Shown: positions 38,766 through 49,813, numbered from the stretch's first letter. The stretch: DNA of 64,000 bases from Anaeromyxobacteraceae bacterium (GCA_032654565.1 JAULAX010000015.1:32001-96000), one strand, 5' to 3'. Numbers and translations: made by a program. Notes: generated from the letters alone by a model not told the origin.

Positions 38766-38948
38766 GTTCGTGCGCACGAACTCACTCTCAGTCCGTGTGA
38801 CGCTGGAGGGCCATCGCGATGGATCGTCCCGGTAGGCACGGCGGCGGGCGGCAGGAGTTGACTGAACCTGGCCGCCCCGCGCTTCGCGGAGTTCATTCGA
38901 TCGATGATCGAAGTAGTTCGGACGCCCGAAATGACTCTCCGTCCGTGT
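38766..38948. repeat. Two imperfect 33-nt direct repeats (38766-38798 and 38916-38948), 150 bp apart, each with an internal palindrome
   Basis: GTTCGTGCGCACGAACTCACTCTCAGTCCGTGT vs GTTCGGACGCCCGAAATGACTCTCCGTCCGTGT; 27/33 identical by hand count. Confidence 0.8.
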
Positions 38949-39090
38949 CGTTCAGGTTACCATGGCGTTCGGCCCCACCCGCCTCGCGGACCTGCCCGAA
39001 CCAAGGCCCCGCCCGCCCTCGCCCACCCTTCGCTGCGCCTTCCGTTCGCCAACCCGCCCCGCCGCACACGCTCCAGGCACGACCGCACCC

Positions 39091-39675
39091 CTACTTCAAC
39101 GCCTTGAGCGCCTCCTCCACGAAGTCGAGCCGGTCGTTGCCGACGAACATCTGCTCGCCCACGAAGAAGAGCGGCGCGCCGAAGGCGCCGCGGTCGATGG
39201 CCTCCTGGGTCTGCTTCATCAGCGCCTCCTTGTAGCCGGGGGCGGCCGCCACCAGCCCGGCGCCGTCGAGGCCGGCCTGGTCGAGGACCGCGGCCAGCAC
39301 CGCCGGGTCGGCGATGTCGCGCTGGTCGGCCCAGCGCGCCTTGTAGACGGCGTGGGTGAAGGGCACCAGCTTCCCGGCCGCCTCGGCGGCCAGGGCGGCG
39401 CGCAGCGCCAGGATGGGGGAGAAGGGGAAGGGCTCCGGGAAGTGGAGCGGCACGCCCAGCCGCCTCGCCCAGCGGTCGAGGTCGGTGAGCATGTGCTTCG
39501 CCTTGGCCGGGATCTCGAACTGGGCGCGGTTGCCGGTGGCCTTGAAGACCCCGCCGAGCACGAACGGCCGCCAGCGGACGGTCGCCCCGGCGCGGGCGGC
39601 GAAGGCCTCGACGCGCGTCGAGGCCAGGTAGCTGTAGGGCGAGACGAAGTCGTAGAAGAACTCGAGCGTGGCCAT
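39091..39675 (-). CDS. 2-hydroxychromene-2-carboxylate isomerase / kappa-GST (DsbA-like) protein
   Basis: AGGAGG RBS; FFYDFVSPYSYLA, GAFGAP, GNDRL. Confidence 0.9.
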   Translation of the reverse strand: MATLEFFYDFVSPYSYLASTRVEAFAARAGATVRWRPFVLGGVFKATGNRAQFEIPAKAKHMLTDLDRWARRLGVPLHFPEPFPFSPILALRAALAAEAAGKLVPFTHAVYKARWADQRDIADPAVLAAVLDQAGLDGAGLVAAAPGYKEALMKQTQEAIDRGAFGAPLFFVGEQMFVGNDRLDFVEEALKALK

Positions 39676-39790
39676 CGCGCCTCCTGGTGCGGTCTCGACT
39701 GGTTGTAGCCCGCCTGGGCCCGGGAGCGCCACGCCCCCGGCGACGAGCCCGGCCACCCCGCCGCGGGCGGCGCGGAGGGCGGCGGCGGGT

Positions 39791-40570
39791 TCAGGCCTCG
39801 CCCAGGGTCCGCCCGGTCAGCTTCAGGAAGACCTGCCCCAGGTCGGCCGGCGCCGCGCGGACGCCCTCGCCCCGGCCGGCGGCCACCGGCACCGGGTCTC
39901 CGCCGTGGGCCCGCTTCAGGTTGGCGACGGTGTCGAGGGCCAGCAGCTTGCCGTGGTCGACGATGGCCACCCGGTCGCACAGCCGCTCCGCCTCGTCCAT
40001 GTCGTGGGTGGTGTAGACCACGGTGAGCCCGCCCCGCTTCAGCTCGAGGATCCGCTCGAGGATGGCGTGGCGCGACTGCGGGTCGACGCCGGCGGTGGGC
40101 TCGTCGAGGAGCACCAGCCGGGGCTGGTGGAGCAGCGCCGCGGCCAGGTTGAGCCGGCGCTGCATGCCGCTGGAGTAGTCGCCCACCCGGTCGTGGCGGC
40201 GGTCGGTGAGCCCGGCGAAGTCGAGCGCCCAGTCGACGCGGGCCTGCAGCGCCCCCCGGCCCAGGCCGTAGACCCGGCCGAGGAAGCCCAGGTTCTCCTG
40301 GCCGGTCAGCTCGGCGTAGAGCGCCAGCGCCTGGGGCGCCAGGCCGAGCTGGCGCCGCACCGCGGGATCGGTGGGCGCGCCCAGCCCGTCCACCGTCACC
40401 GTCCCGGACTCGGGGGCCAGCAGCCCCAGGGCCAGGTGGAGGGTGGTCGACTTGCCGGCGCCGTTGGGCCCGAGCAGGCCGAGGATCTCGCCCGGCTCGA
40501 CCCGCAGCGACAGGCCGTCGACGGCGACGGTGGGGCCGTAGGCCTTGCGCAGGTCGGTGAGGGTGAGCAC
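39791..40570 (-). CDS. ABC transporter ATP-binding protein (ABC-2/multidrug type)
   Basis: GPNGAGKST, YSSGMQRR, LLDEPT, TTHDMDEAE. Confidence 0.92.
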   Translation of the reverse strand: MLTLTDLRKAYGPTVAVDGLSLRVEPGEILGLLGPNGAGKSTTLHLALGLLAPESGTVTVDGLGAPTDPAVRRQLGLAPQALALYAELTGQENLGFLGRVYGLGRGALQARVDWALDFAGLTDRRHDRVGDYSSGMQRRLNLAAALLHQPRLVLLDEPTAGVDPQSRHAILERILELKRGGLTVVYTTHDMDEAERLCDRVAIVDHGKLLALDTVANLKRAHGGDPVPVAAGRGEGVRAAPADLGQVFLKLTGRTLGEA

Positions 40571-40618
40571 GCCCGGGGACCATAGCCCCCGGGGCGCCCC
40601 GCCGCCACGCCGATGGAG

Positions 40619-42070
<1,452 letters not shown>

Positions 42071-42075
42071 GCGGT

Positions 42076-43092
42076 CTACTCCTCGGTGGGTGCGGCGGCG
42101 GTGGTGCGGCGGGGCGAGCGGTGGGGCCCGGCGGGCTGCCGGGCGGTGGCGATGAAGAGGGCGGGGCCGCGGGCGCCGGGCTCGGGCGGCAGCGGGCGGA
42201 GGGTCGGCGAGGCCAGGCCGGCGGCGCCCAGGGCCCGGAGCAGCTCGTCGGGCGCGAAGCCGAGCCGGGCCTGGCCGAGCCGGCGGGCGAAGGGTTCGTC
42301 GCCGTGGCGGGCCAGGTCGACCACCACCAGCCGTCCGCCGGGCTTGAGGATGCGGGCCGCCTCGGCCAGCACCGGGGCCACGGCCGGGACATAGGCCAGC
42401 ACCAGCACCAGCAGCGCCGCGTCGCAGCTCCGCGACGGCAGCGGCAGCGCCTCCAGCCCGGCCCGGTGCAGCTCGACGTTGTCGAACGGCTCGAGGCGGC
42501 GGCGGGCCGCCCGCAGCATGGCGGCCGACTGGTCGACGCCGATGACCCGGGCCACCGCCGGCGCCAGCGCGGCGGCCAGCGTGCCGGCGCCGCAGCCGAG
42601 GTCGGCCACCACCAGCTGGTCCGGCAGCAGGCCGAGCAGCGCCTCGCGCTCGAAGCGCAGCCCGTAGGCCTCGGCCCGCAGCGCCTCCCACTCCTGGGCG
42701 GCGCCGGCGAAGAACTGCTCCGCCCCCTGGCGGCGGGCGCGCAGCCGGGCCTCCAGCCGCAGCTCGTCCTGCTCCGCCGAGGGCCAGCCGTCGGTCTCGG
42801 CGCGGGCCACCTTCCAGAGCCGCCGGGCCCCGGCGTCGGCGGCGTCGGCGAAGCGGTAGAAGGTGGCGGTCCCCTGCCGGCGCGAGGCCAGCCAGCCGGC
42901 GCCGGAGAGCGTCTTCAGGTGGCGCGACGCCGTGGACTGGGGCAGCCGCAACACCTCGCAGAGCTCCTGCACCGACAGCTCCTCGCGCTCCAGCACCCGC
43001 AGCAGGCGCAGCCGGGTCTGGTCGGCGAGCCCGTCCATCCAGCCGAGCAGGGCGGCCGGGCGGCGCGGGGAGGTGGCGGTCGAGGCATTCAT
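42076..43092 (-). CDS. sahR: ArsR-family HTH fused to a SAM-methyltransferase-like domain (SahR-type regulator)
   Basis: [36 protein letters not shown]; immediately upstream of ahcY. Confidence 0.8.
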   Translation of the reverse strand: MNASTATSPRRPAALLGWMDGLADQTRLRLLRVLEREELSVQELCEVLRLPQSTASRHLKTLSGAGWLASRRQGTATFYRFADAADAGARRLWKVARAETDGWPSAEQDELRLEARLRARRQGAEQFFAGAAQEWEALRAEAYGLRFEREALLGLLPDQLVVADLGCGAGTLAAALAPAVARVIGVDQSAAMLRAARRRLEPFDNVELHRAGLEALPLPSRSCDAALLVLVLAYVPAVAPVLAEAARILKPGGRLVVVDLARHGDEPFARRLGQARLGFAPDELLRALGAAGLASPTLRPLPPEPGARGPALFIATARQPAGPHRSPRRTTAAAPTEE

Positions 43093-43097
43093 CGCTC

Positions 43098-43139
43098 TAT
43101 CCGGGTGAACGGATATAACGACTCCCCCTCCGGGATCAA
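43098..43139 (-). promoter_or_regulatory. sahR-ahcY promoter with overlapping palindromic operator
   Basis: Palindrome TATCCG-N6-CGGATA (43098-43115) overlaps a candidate -10 TATATC (43117-43112); -35 TTGATC (43139-43134). Confidence 0.65.
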
Positions 43140-43157
43140 GCCCCCCGGGGGGCCAGG

Positions 43158-44201
43158 TCAGCCCGCCGCCTTGACCATGACCTTCAGGGCCTTCTCCTTG
43201 GCGGCGTCGCCGAAGGTGTCATAGGCCTTCAGGAAGTCGGCGAAGGTGAACTCGTGGGTGATCAGCTGGCGCGGGTCCAGGCGGCCGGCCACCACGGTCT
43301 TGAGGAGCATGGGCGTGGTGGTGGTGTCCACCAGCCCGGTGGTGATGGTGACGTTGTGGGCCCAGAGCCTCTCCAGCTTGAGGGAGACGCTCTTCCCGTG
43401 GACGCCGACGTTGGCGAGGTGTCCGCCCGCGGTCACGATGTCCTGGCAGAGGTCGAAGGTCCCGGGGATGCCGACCGCCTCGATGGCCACGTCGACGCCT
43501 GTGCCGCCGGTCAGCGCCATGACCTTCTCGACCGCCTTGCCGTCGCCGCTGTGGATGGTCCGGGTGGCGCCGAGCCTGGTGGCGACCGCGAGGCGGTTCT
43601 CGTCGAGGTCCACCACGATCAGCTCGGCCGGCGAGTAGAGCCGGGCGGTGAGGAGCGCCGCCAGGCCGACCGGCCCGCCGCCCACGATGGCGACGGTGTC
43701 ACCGGGCTTCACCGCCCCCTTGAGCACGCCGATCTCGAAGCCGGTGGGGAGGATGTCGCTGAGCATCACCAGCGCGTCCTCGTCGGCGCCGGGCGGAACC
43801 AGGTGGAGGCTGGTGTCGGCGTGCGGGATCCGCACGTACTCGGCCTGGGTCCCGTCGATGAGGTGACCGAGGATCCAGCCGCCATCCGCGCAGTGCGAGT
43901 ACATGCCCTTGGTGCAGGCGTCGCACCTCCCGCAGGAGGTGATGCAGGAGATCAGGACGTGGTCGCCCTTCTTGAACCTGGAGACGCCCGGGCCGGCCTC
44001 CTCGATCACCCCGACCCCCTCGTGGCCGAGGATTCGTCCCTCGGTGACGGTGGGGACGTCGCCCTTGAGGATGTGGAGATCGGTCCCGCAGATGGTGGTC
44101 CTGAGCACCTTGACGATGGCGTCGGTCGGGGCCGTGAGGGTCGGCCTGGGCCTCTCCGCCCAGGCCTTCTTCCCTGGTCCCTGGTAGACGAGCGCCTTCA
44201 T
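43158..44201 (-). CDS. Zinc-dependent alcohol dehydrogenase family protein
   Basis: ICGTDLH, GHEGVG, CGRCDAC..C, LSDILPTG, GGGPVGL; AGGAG RBS. Confidence 0.93.
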   Translation of the reverse strand: MKALVYQGPGKKAWAERPRPTLTAPTDAIVKVLRTTICGTDLHILKGDVPTVTEGRILGHEGVGVIEEAGPGVSRFKKGDHVLISCITSCGRCDACTKGMYSHCADGGWILGHLIDGTQAEYVRIPHADTSLHLVPPGADEDALVMLSDILPTGFEIGVLKGAVKPGDTVAIVGGGPVGLAALLTARLYSPAELIVVDLDENRLAVATRLGATRTIHSGDGKAVEKVMALTGGTGVDVAIEAVGIPGTFDLCQDIVTAGGHLANVGVHGKSVSLKLERLWAHNVTITTGLVDTTTTPMLLKTVVAGRLDPRQLITHEFTFADFLKAYDTFGDAAKEKALKVMVKAAG

Positions 44202-44425
44202 GTGAAGCTCCTGGCCTCGCGAGCGTCGGCGAGCATGGTGGTGTGGACGACCATCCGTCGGACCGGTCGGATCCAGGGCACGCAAGCGCGAGCCCAGCGG
44301 TCATGGCTCGTCATCACGCAGGATTGGCGATTCGTCGCAGCCACGCGCCCGGCCAACGGACGTTCGAGTGACCGGACGCCGACCGGCCGTCGGCGTCACC
44401 GCACCGGACAGCCCATGACGCCGAA

Positions 44426-44449
44426 GGGGCCCGCCTCGCGGCGAGCCCC
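44426..44449 (-). terminator. Probable terminator hairpin downstream of metK
   Basis: Minus strand GGGGCTCGCC-GCGA-GGCGGGCCCC with only a short T run. Confidence 0.5.
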
Positions 44450-44490
44450 CTCAAGGTGCGGCGTGGCCCGCGGGCCGGTCGATGCTCGCG

Positions 44491-45651
44491 CTACCCGGCC
44501 TTCCGCTTCAGCCCGGCGGCGGCGGCCAGGGCCTCGGCCTTGTCGGTCCGCTCCCAGGTGAAGCTCTTCTCGGTCCGGCCGAAGTGGCCGTAGGCGGCGG
44601 TCTTCTCGTAGATGGGCCGGCGCAGGTCGAGCTGCTCCATGATCTGCTTCGGGGTCAGGCCGAAGACGGCGCGGACGGCCCGGGCGATGCGGCCCTCGTC
44701 GGCCTGGGCGGTGCCGAAGGTGTCCACCAGCACCGAGACCGGCTCGGCGACGCCGATGGCGTAGGCCACCTGCACCTCGCAGCGGGTGGCCAGGCCGGAG
44801 GCCACCACGTTCTTGGCGATGTAGCGCCCCATGTAGGCGGCCGAGCGGTCGACCTTGGACGGGTCCTTGCCGGAGAAGGCGCCGCCGCCGTGGCGGCCCA
44901 TGCCGCCGTAGGTGTCGACGATGATCTTGCGACCGGTCAGGCCGGTGTCGCCCATGGGGCCGCCCACCACGAAGCGGCCGGTGGGGTTGATGTGGAACTT
45001 GGTCTTCCGGTCGAGGAGCTTCTTCGGCAGGGACTTGGCGATCACCAGCTCGCGCACCGCCTCGTGGAGGTCCTTGTTGGAGACCTCCTCGGAGTGCTGG
45101 GTGGAGACCACCACGGTGTCGATGCGGAAGGGCTTGCCGCCGCGGTACTCCACCGAGACCTGGCTCTTGCCGTCGGGGCGGAGGAAGTCGAGGCCGCCCT
45201 TGCGGACCCGGGCCAGCTGCCGGGTCACGGCGTGGGCGTACTGGATGGGGGCCGGCATCAGCGCCGGGGTCTCGTCGCAGGCGTAGCCGAACATCATCCC
45301 CTGGTCGCCGGCGCCGCCGGTGTCCACGCCCTGGGCGATGTCCGGGGACTGCTGGTCGACCGCCACCAGCACCGCGCAGGTGTTGGCGTCGAAGCCGGTG
45401 GCGCCGTGGGTGTAGCCGATGTCGGTGACCACCCGCCGGGCGATGCGGGGGAAGTCGAGCAGCGCCTTGGTGGTGATCTCGCCGGCGATCATCACGTAGC
45501 CGGTCTTGAGCAGGGTCTCGCAGGCCACCCGCCCCTTGGGGTCCTGCTTGAGGACGGCGTCGAGGACGGCGTCGGAGATCTGGTCGGCCATCTTGTCGGG
45601 GTGGCCCTCGGTGACCGACTCCGAGGTGAAGAGGTATTCGCTGGCGGACAT
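44491..45651 (-). CDS. metK: Methionine adenosyltransferase
   Basis: [36 protein letters not shown]. Confidence 0.98.
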   Translation of the reverse strand: MSASEYLFTSESVTEGHPDKMADQISDAVLDAVLKQDPKGRVACETLLKTGYVMIAGEITTKALLDFPRIARRVVTDIGYTHGATGFDANTCAVLVAVDQQSPDIAQGVDTGGAGDQGMMFGYACDETPALMPAPIQYAHAVTRQLARVRKGGLDFLRPDGKSQVSVEYRGGKPFRIDTVVVSTQHSEEVSNKDLHEAVRELVIAKSLPKKLLDRKTKFHINPTGRFVVGGPMGDTGLTGRKIIVDTYGGMGRHGGGAFSGKDPSKVDRSAAYMGRYIAKNVVASGLATRCEVQVAYAIGVAEPVSVLVDTFGTAQADEGRIARAVRAVFGLTPKQIMEQLDLRRPIYEKTAAYGHFGRTEKSFTWERTDKAEALAAAAGLKRKAG

Positions 45652-45684
45652 GGCGGCGCTCCCTGGAAGGCTCGAAGGGGACGC

Positions 45685-45714
45685 AACCTAAGCGCCCGCC
45701 CGCCGACCTGTCAA
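45685..45714 (-). promoter_or_regulatory. Sigma70-type promoter of metK
   Basis: TTGACA (45714-45709), 18 nt, TAGGTT (45690-45685). Confidence 0.7.
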
Positions 45715-45767
45715 CATGACGGACGTGCCGCCCACCGTCCGCCGCAGCGGACGCCGCGGCCCCCCCC

Positions 45768-47558
45768 CTACCCGGAGACCGGCCCGACCTGCGAGTCGTG
45801 CTCCATGAGCGAGCCGAAGCGGCGGTTCATCTCGTCGCGGACCTCGCGCTCGATGTCGTCGGCCTGGGTGAGCGCCATCATCCGCGCCACCAGGGCCCGG
45901 CCGTCCTCGGCCCGGGCCGCCCGCAGCACCCGCTTCACCAGCGGGATGGACGGCCCGTTCATGGAGAGCTCGGTGACCCCGAGGCCGAGCAGCACCAGCG
46001 CGTTGATGGGCTCGCCGGCCATCTCACCGCACATCGAGACCGGGATGCCGGCCTCGCGCCCGGCCTCGCACACCGCCTTGAGGAGCCGCAGCACCGAGAG
46101 GTGGAGCGGCCGGTACAGGTAGGCGACGTCCTTGTTCTGCCGGTCGATGCCGATGGTGTACTGGATCAGGTCGTTGGTGCCGATGCTGAAGAAGTCCACC
46201 TCGCGGGCCAGCCGGTCGGCCATCAGCGCCGCGCTGGGCAGCTCGATCATGATCCCCACCGGCGGCAGCGGCAGGTCGTACCCCTCGCGCCCCAGCTCGT
46301 CGCGGACGTCGACGAGGATCTTCCGGGCCGCCCGCAGCTCGGCCGCCCCGGAGATCATGGGGAACATCAGCCGCAGGTTGCCGTGGACCGAGGCCCGCAG
46401 CAGGGCCCGCAGCTGGCTGCGGAACATGTCCGGCTGGCGCAGGCAGTAGCGGATGGCGCGCAGCCCCATGGCCGGGTTCTCGGCGTGGGCCTTGAGGCCG
46501 GCCGGCAGCTTGTCGCCGCCGAGGTCGAAGGTGCGGATGGTGACCGGGCGCGGCGCCAGCGCCTCCAGCACCCGCCGGTAGTCCAGGTAGTGCTCCTCCT
46601 CGGTGGGGAGCCGGTCGCGCTGCAGGTAGAGGAACTCGGTGCGGTAGAGCCCCACCGCCTCGCCGCCGTGGCTGAGCAGGCTGGGGACCTCCTCGGCGAA
46701 CTCGATGTTGCCGGCCAGCCTGACGGTGACCCCGTCCAGGGTGGTGGCCGGCAGCTCGCGGGTGCGGAGCAGCTCGCGCTCGTGGAGCTGGAAGCGGTCG
46801 CGCGCCGCCTCGTAGTCGGCGCGCTCGCCCGGGGTCGGCCCGATGATCACCACCCCGCGGGTGCCGTCGACGATGATCCAGTCACCCCGGTCGGCCAGCG
46901 CGGTGATGCGCCCCACCGCCACCACCGCCGGCACCTCCAGGGCGCGGGCCACGATGGCGGTGTGGCTGGTCTTGGCCCCGGCGTCGGTGACGAAGGCCCC
47001 CACCTTGCGCTCGTGGAGCAGCAGCGCGGTGTCGGCCGGGGTCAGGTCGTGGGCCACGATGATGGCCCCCTCCGGCGGCAGCTCCTCGACGTCCACCTGC
47101 TGGCCCAGCAGGTTCTTGATGATCCGCTCGCCCACGTAGTCGACGTCGGCGCGCCGCTCCTTGAAGTACTCGTCGGCGTCGGCGGCGAAGGCCCCCTTGA
47201 TCTTGCGGACCGCCCGCTTGATCGACCACTCGGCGTTGAGCCGCTCGTCGCGGATCAGCTTCTGCACCTCGAGGACCAGCATCTCGTCCTTGAGCATGAG
47301 CCGGTGGATGTCGATGATGGCGGTGTGCTCGCTGGCGCCGCTCCCCTCGGTGACGGTGACCTTCTGGCGCACCGCCTCGAGCTGCTGGTCGGAGGTCTCC
47401 AGCGCCACCCTGAAGCGGGCCAGCTCCGGCTCGATCTCGTCGGGGCCGAGCCGCCGCTTGGGGGTGCGGACCTTGCGCCGGTCCACCGGCCAGCACTGGC
47501 CGATGGCGATGCCGGGGGAGGCGCCGATGCCGTTCAGGGTGGTGGTGCCTGCCGCCAT
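45768..47558 (-). CDS. ptsI: PTS enzyme I (PEP-protein phosphotransferase)
   Basis: TSHTAIVAR (phospho-His), GLYRTEF, RTFDLGGDK, SIGTNDL, CGEMAG; no N-terminal GAF domain. Confidence 0.95.
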   Translation of the reverse strand: MAAGTTTLNGIGASPGIAIGQCWPVDRRKVRTPKRRLGPDEIEPELARFRVALETSDQQLEAVRQKVTVTEGSGASEHTAIIDIHRLMLKDEMLVLEVQKLIRDERLNAEWSIKRAVRKIKGAFAADADEYFKERRADVDYVGERIIKNLLGQQVDVEELPPEGAIIVAHDLTPADTALLLHERKVGAFVTDAGAKTSHTAIVARALEVPAVVAVGRITALADRGDWIIVDGTRGVVIIGPTPGERADYEAARDRFQLHERELLRTRELPATTLDGVTVRLAGNIEFAEEVPSLLSHGGEAVGLYRTEFLYLQRDRLPTEEEHYLDYRRVLEALAPRPVTIRTFDLGGDKLPAGLKAHAENPAMGLRAIRYCLRQPDMFRSQLRALLRASVHGNLRLMFPMISGAAELRAARKILVDVRDELGREGYDLPLPPVGIMIELPSAALMADRLAREVDFFSIGTNDLIQYTIGIDRQNKDVAYLYRPLHLSVLRLLKAVCEAGREAGIPVSMCGEMAGEPINALVLLGLGVTELSMNGPSIPLVKRVLRAARAEDGRALVARMMALTQADDIEREVRDEMNRRFGSLMEHDSQVGPVSG

Positions 47559-47568
47559 GGTCCGCTCC

Positions 47569-47841
47569 CTACTTCTCCCCGAAGCCGGCGCTGATCAGCT
47601 TGCCCATGGCCGCCATGGCCGACTCGGCGTCGTCGCCCTCGCAGGTCACCGTCAGCCGGGAGCCGCGCGCCGCCGCCAGGGTGAGCACCCCCATGATGCT
47701 CTTGGCGTTGACCGAGGTCCCGTCCTTGATGATGTGCACCTCGCACTGGTGCCGGTTGGCGATCTGCACCAGCTGCGAGGCCGGGCGGGCGTGGAGCCCG
47801 AGCGAGTTGACGATGGTGAAGGTCTGCTCGAGGCGCGCCAC
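47569..47841 (-). CDS. ptsH: HPr phosphocarrier protein
   Basis: GLHARPA (His15) and NAKSIMG (Ser46). Confidence 0.95.
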   Translation of the reverse strand: MARLEQTFTIVNSLGLHARPASQLVQIANRHQCEVHIIKDGTSVNAKSIMGVLTLAAARGSRLTVTCEGDDAESAMAAMGKLISAGFGEK

Positions 47842-48608
47842 TAGGGTCTCCCGTCGAAGCCGGTCACGGCCGCGGCGATGGTGCCGATGGCCGCCGCCAG
47901 GTAGGCGGCGGGGAGGAGCGCCGCGCCGCGGGCCAGCGCCAGGTAGCCGGTGGCCGCCGCCGCCGCCACCACCAGGGCCGCCACCGCCTCGCTCCCCAGC
48001 GCCGGGCCCCCGGCCCGCAGCGCCACCGCCGCCGCCGCGGCGCCGCAGAGCGCCACCCCGGCCGCCCGCAGCCGCTCCGCCATCCTCGGCAGCGCCAGCC
48101 AGGCGATCAGCCCGACCACCGCGTCGCCCTGCTGGTAGCCGGCGCGGAAGAGCGCGGCCCGCAGCGAGAAGTGGATGAGGTTGTAGAGCACCACCGCCGC
48201 CACCACCGCCGGCCAGCCGGCCAGCAGCGCCCCCAGCGCCGCCATGGCGCCGAAGAAGGGCCGCAGCGCCGTCCAGAAGAAGCCGTCGCCGACCGCCGCC
48301 AGCGGCCCCTGCAGCGTCGCCTTGTAGGAGAGCGGCGCCGCCCCCGGCTCCTCGCCGGCGGCCACCCGCTCCTCGTGGTGGATGGCGCCGCCGAGGATGG
48401 CGGCCGCCATGTAGGGGTGGCAGTTGAAGAAGCCGAGGTGGCGGGTCAGCGCCTCCTCGCGCCGGGCCGGGTCCTGGTAGAGGGCGTCGAGCGCCGGCTC
48501 GATGGCGTAGGCGAAGCCGAGGTTCTGCATGCCGCGCCGGTTCCAGGCCGCCTGCAGGAAGAGGCAGCGCCAGAAGACGTGGGCCCGGGTGCGGAGGCGG
48601 ATGGTCAT
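47841..48608 (-). CDS. PTS mannose/fructose/sorbose family IID
   Basis: LQAAWN..MQNLGF, FFNCHPY, GPLAAVGDGFFW. Confidence 0.92.
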   Translation of the reverse strand: MTIRLRTRAHVFWRCLFLQAAWNRRGMQNLGFAYAIEPALDALYQDPARREEALTRHLGFFNCHPYMAAAILGGAIHHEERVAAGEEPGAAPLSYKATLQGPLAAVGDGFFWTALRPFFGAMAALGALLAGWPAVVAAVVLYNLIHFSLRAALFRAGYQQGDAVVGLIAWLALPRMAERLRAAGVALCGAAAAAVALRAGGPALGSEAVAALVVAAAAATGYLALARGAALLPAAYLAAAIGTIAAAVTGFDGRP

Positions 48609-49300
48609 GGCGTGGCCCGCAGTCCCAGCCCGATGAGCAGGGCCGCCGCCGTGGCCACGCCGAAGATGGCCCCGGCGCGGCGGGCCCGCAGCGCCTGGGC
48701 GCCGGCGGCGCAGGCCAGCCCGCAGAAGGCCCACCAGCCGATCCGGAGCGGCCCGTCGAGGGCCGGCGCGGCGCGCAGCACCCGCACCGCCAGCTCGGCG
48801 GCCACCCAGGCGCCGGCCGGGGCCAGCGCCGCGGCCAGGGCGAAGGGCATGGCCAGCCCGGCCAGGTTGAGTCGGACCGCGGCGTGGGGGTGGTGGCGGC
48901 GCAGCGCCTCCTCGGCGAAGAGCGCCAGCCGCTCGTTGGCCCCCTCGACCAGCCGGTCGGCGCGGCGGCCCAGCAGCGCCAGCGGCGCCCCGGCCAGCAG
49001 CGCCAGCACCGCGGTGGCCGGGGTCACGCCGGTGCCGAGCGCCTGCCCGGCCAGCACCGCGCCGCCGGCGATGGCCACCGTGCCCAGCGCCTCGTTGATG
49101 GGCAGCGCGGCGCCGAGGTTGACGGCCCCCAGCCAGAGCAGCTCCAGGGGCGCCGCCACCGCCAGGCCGCCGGCCAGGTCGCCCAGCGCCAGCCCGGTGA
49201 GCGGGGCCAGCGCGATGGGTCGGGAGAGCATGGCCTGGAGGAAGCCCTTGCGCTCCACGGCGGCGAGGCCGGCGACGATGCCCAGCAGGAGGTAGCCCAC
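48605..49300 (-). CDS. PTS mannose/fructose/sorbose family IIC
   Basis: SRPI..GL.LGD, LELLWLG..GAALP; hydrophobic. Confidence 0.88.
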   Translation of the reverse strand: MGYLLLGIVAGLAAVERKGFLQAMLSRPIALAPLTGLALGDLAGGLAVAAPLELLWLGAVNLGAALPINEALGTVAIAGGAVLAGQALGTGVTPATAVLALLAGAPLALLGRRADRLVEGANERLALFAEEALRRHHPHAAVRLNLAGLAMPFALAAALAPAGAWVAAELAVRVLRAAPALDGPLRIGWWAFCGLACAAGAQALRARRAGAIFGVATAAALLIGLGLRATP

Positions 49301-49318
49301 GGTGCTCGCGAGTGTAGC

Positions 49319-49813
49319 CTATCGGGCGGCGGCGTACCGGCGCTCCAGCTCGTCCAGCCCGTACCTGGTGTCCGTGGGGATGGCCTGGGCCTCCACGGCG
49401 TAGCCGGCCGCCTCCAGCGCCCGCAGCGCGGTGAGCTCCTCGGCGGTGAGGAAGACCGAGGGGGTGACGGGGCGGCGACCCATGGCGAAGTGGACGTTGC
49501 CGAGGTTGAGCCGGGGGGCCCGCGCCGGGGTCAGGCCGCGCCGGGTCGCCTCCACCAGCCCCTCGACGTCGCGCACCAGCACCAGCACCCGGGCCGCCGA
49601 GGCGGCCAGCGCGGCGAAGTCGACGGCGGCCATCCGCTCGATGCGGGCCGGGGTCTCGCAGGGGACGCAGAGGGTCATGGCGGCGCGGGCCAGCGGGCTC
49701 TGCGCCGCCTCGTCGTCGGCCACCACCACCTCGGTGGCCTCCAGCCGGGGCATCCAGGCCTCCAGCACCTGCCCGTGCAGCAGCCGGTTGTCGACGCGGA
49801 CGAGCGCGATCAC
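49319..49813 (-). CDS. PTS mannose/sorbose family IIB
   Basis: RVDNRLLHGQV, NLGNVH. Confidence 0.93.
   Translation of the reverse strand: MIALVRVDNRLLHGQVLEAWMPRLEATEVVVADDEAAQSPLARAAMTLCVPCETPARIERMAAVDFAALAASAARVLVLVRDVEGLVEATRRGLTPARAPRLNLGNVHFAMGRRPVTPSVFLTAEELTALRALEAAGYAVEAQAIPTDTRYGLDELERRYAAAR

Noticed and set aside
38766..38792. Hammerhead-like core (minus strand CTGA-GA-GTG...CAC-GAAC)
   Set aside because: Lacks N7 and the GAAA; the other copy has CGGA; no convincing stems I and III.
38766..38948. Repeat pair as a mini CRISPR array
   Set aside because: Only two copies, a 117-nt gap, 6 mismatches and no cas genes.
38621..39235. Small ORFs 38621-38896(-), 38819-39235(+), 38904-39107(+); also a 6S RNA, riboswitch or tRNA interpretation
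   Set aside because: No RBS, motifs or typical codon bias; no recognisable consensus or gene context for those RNA families by eye.
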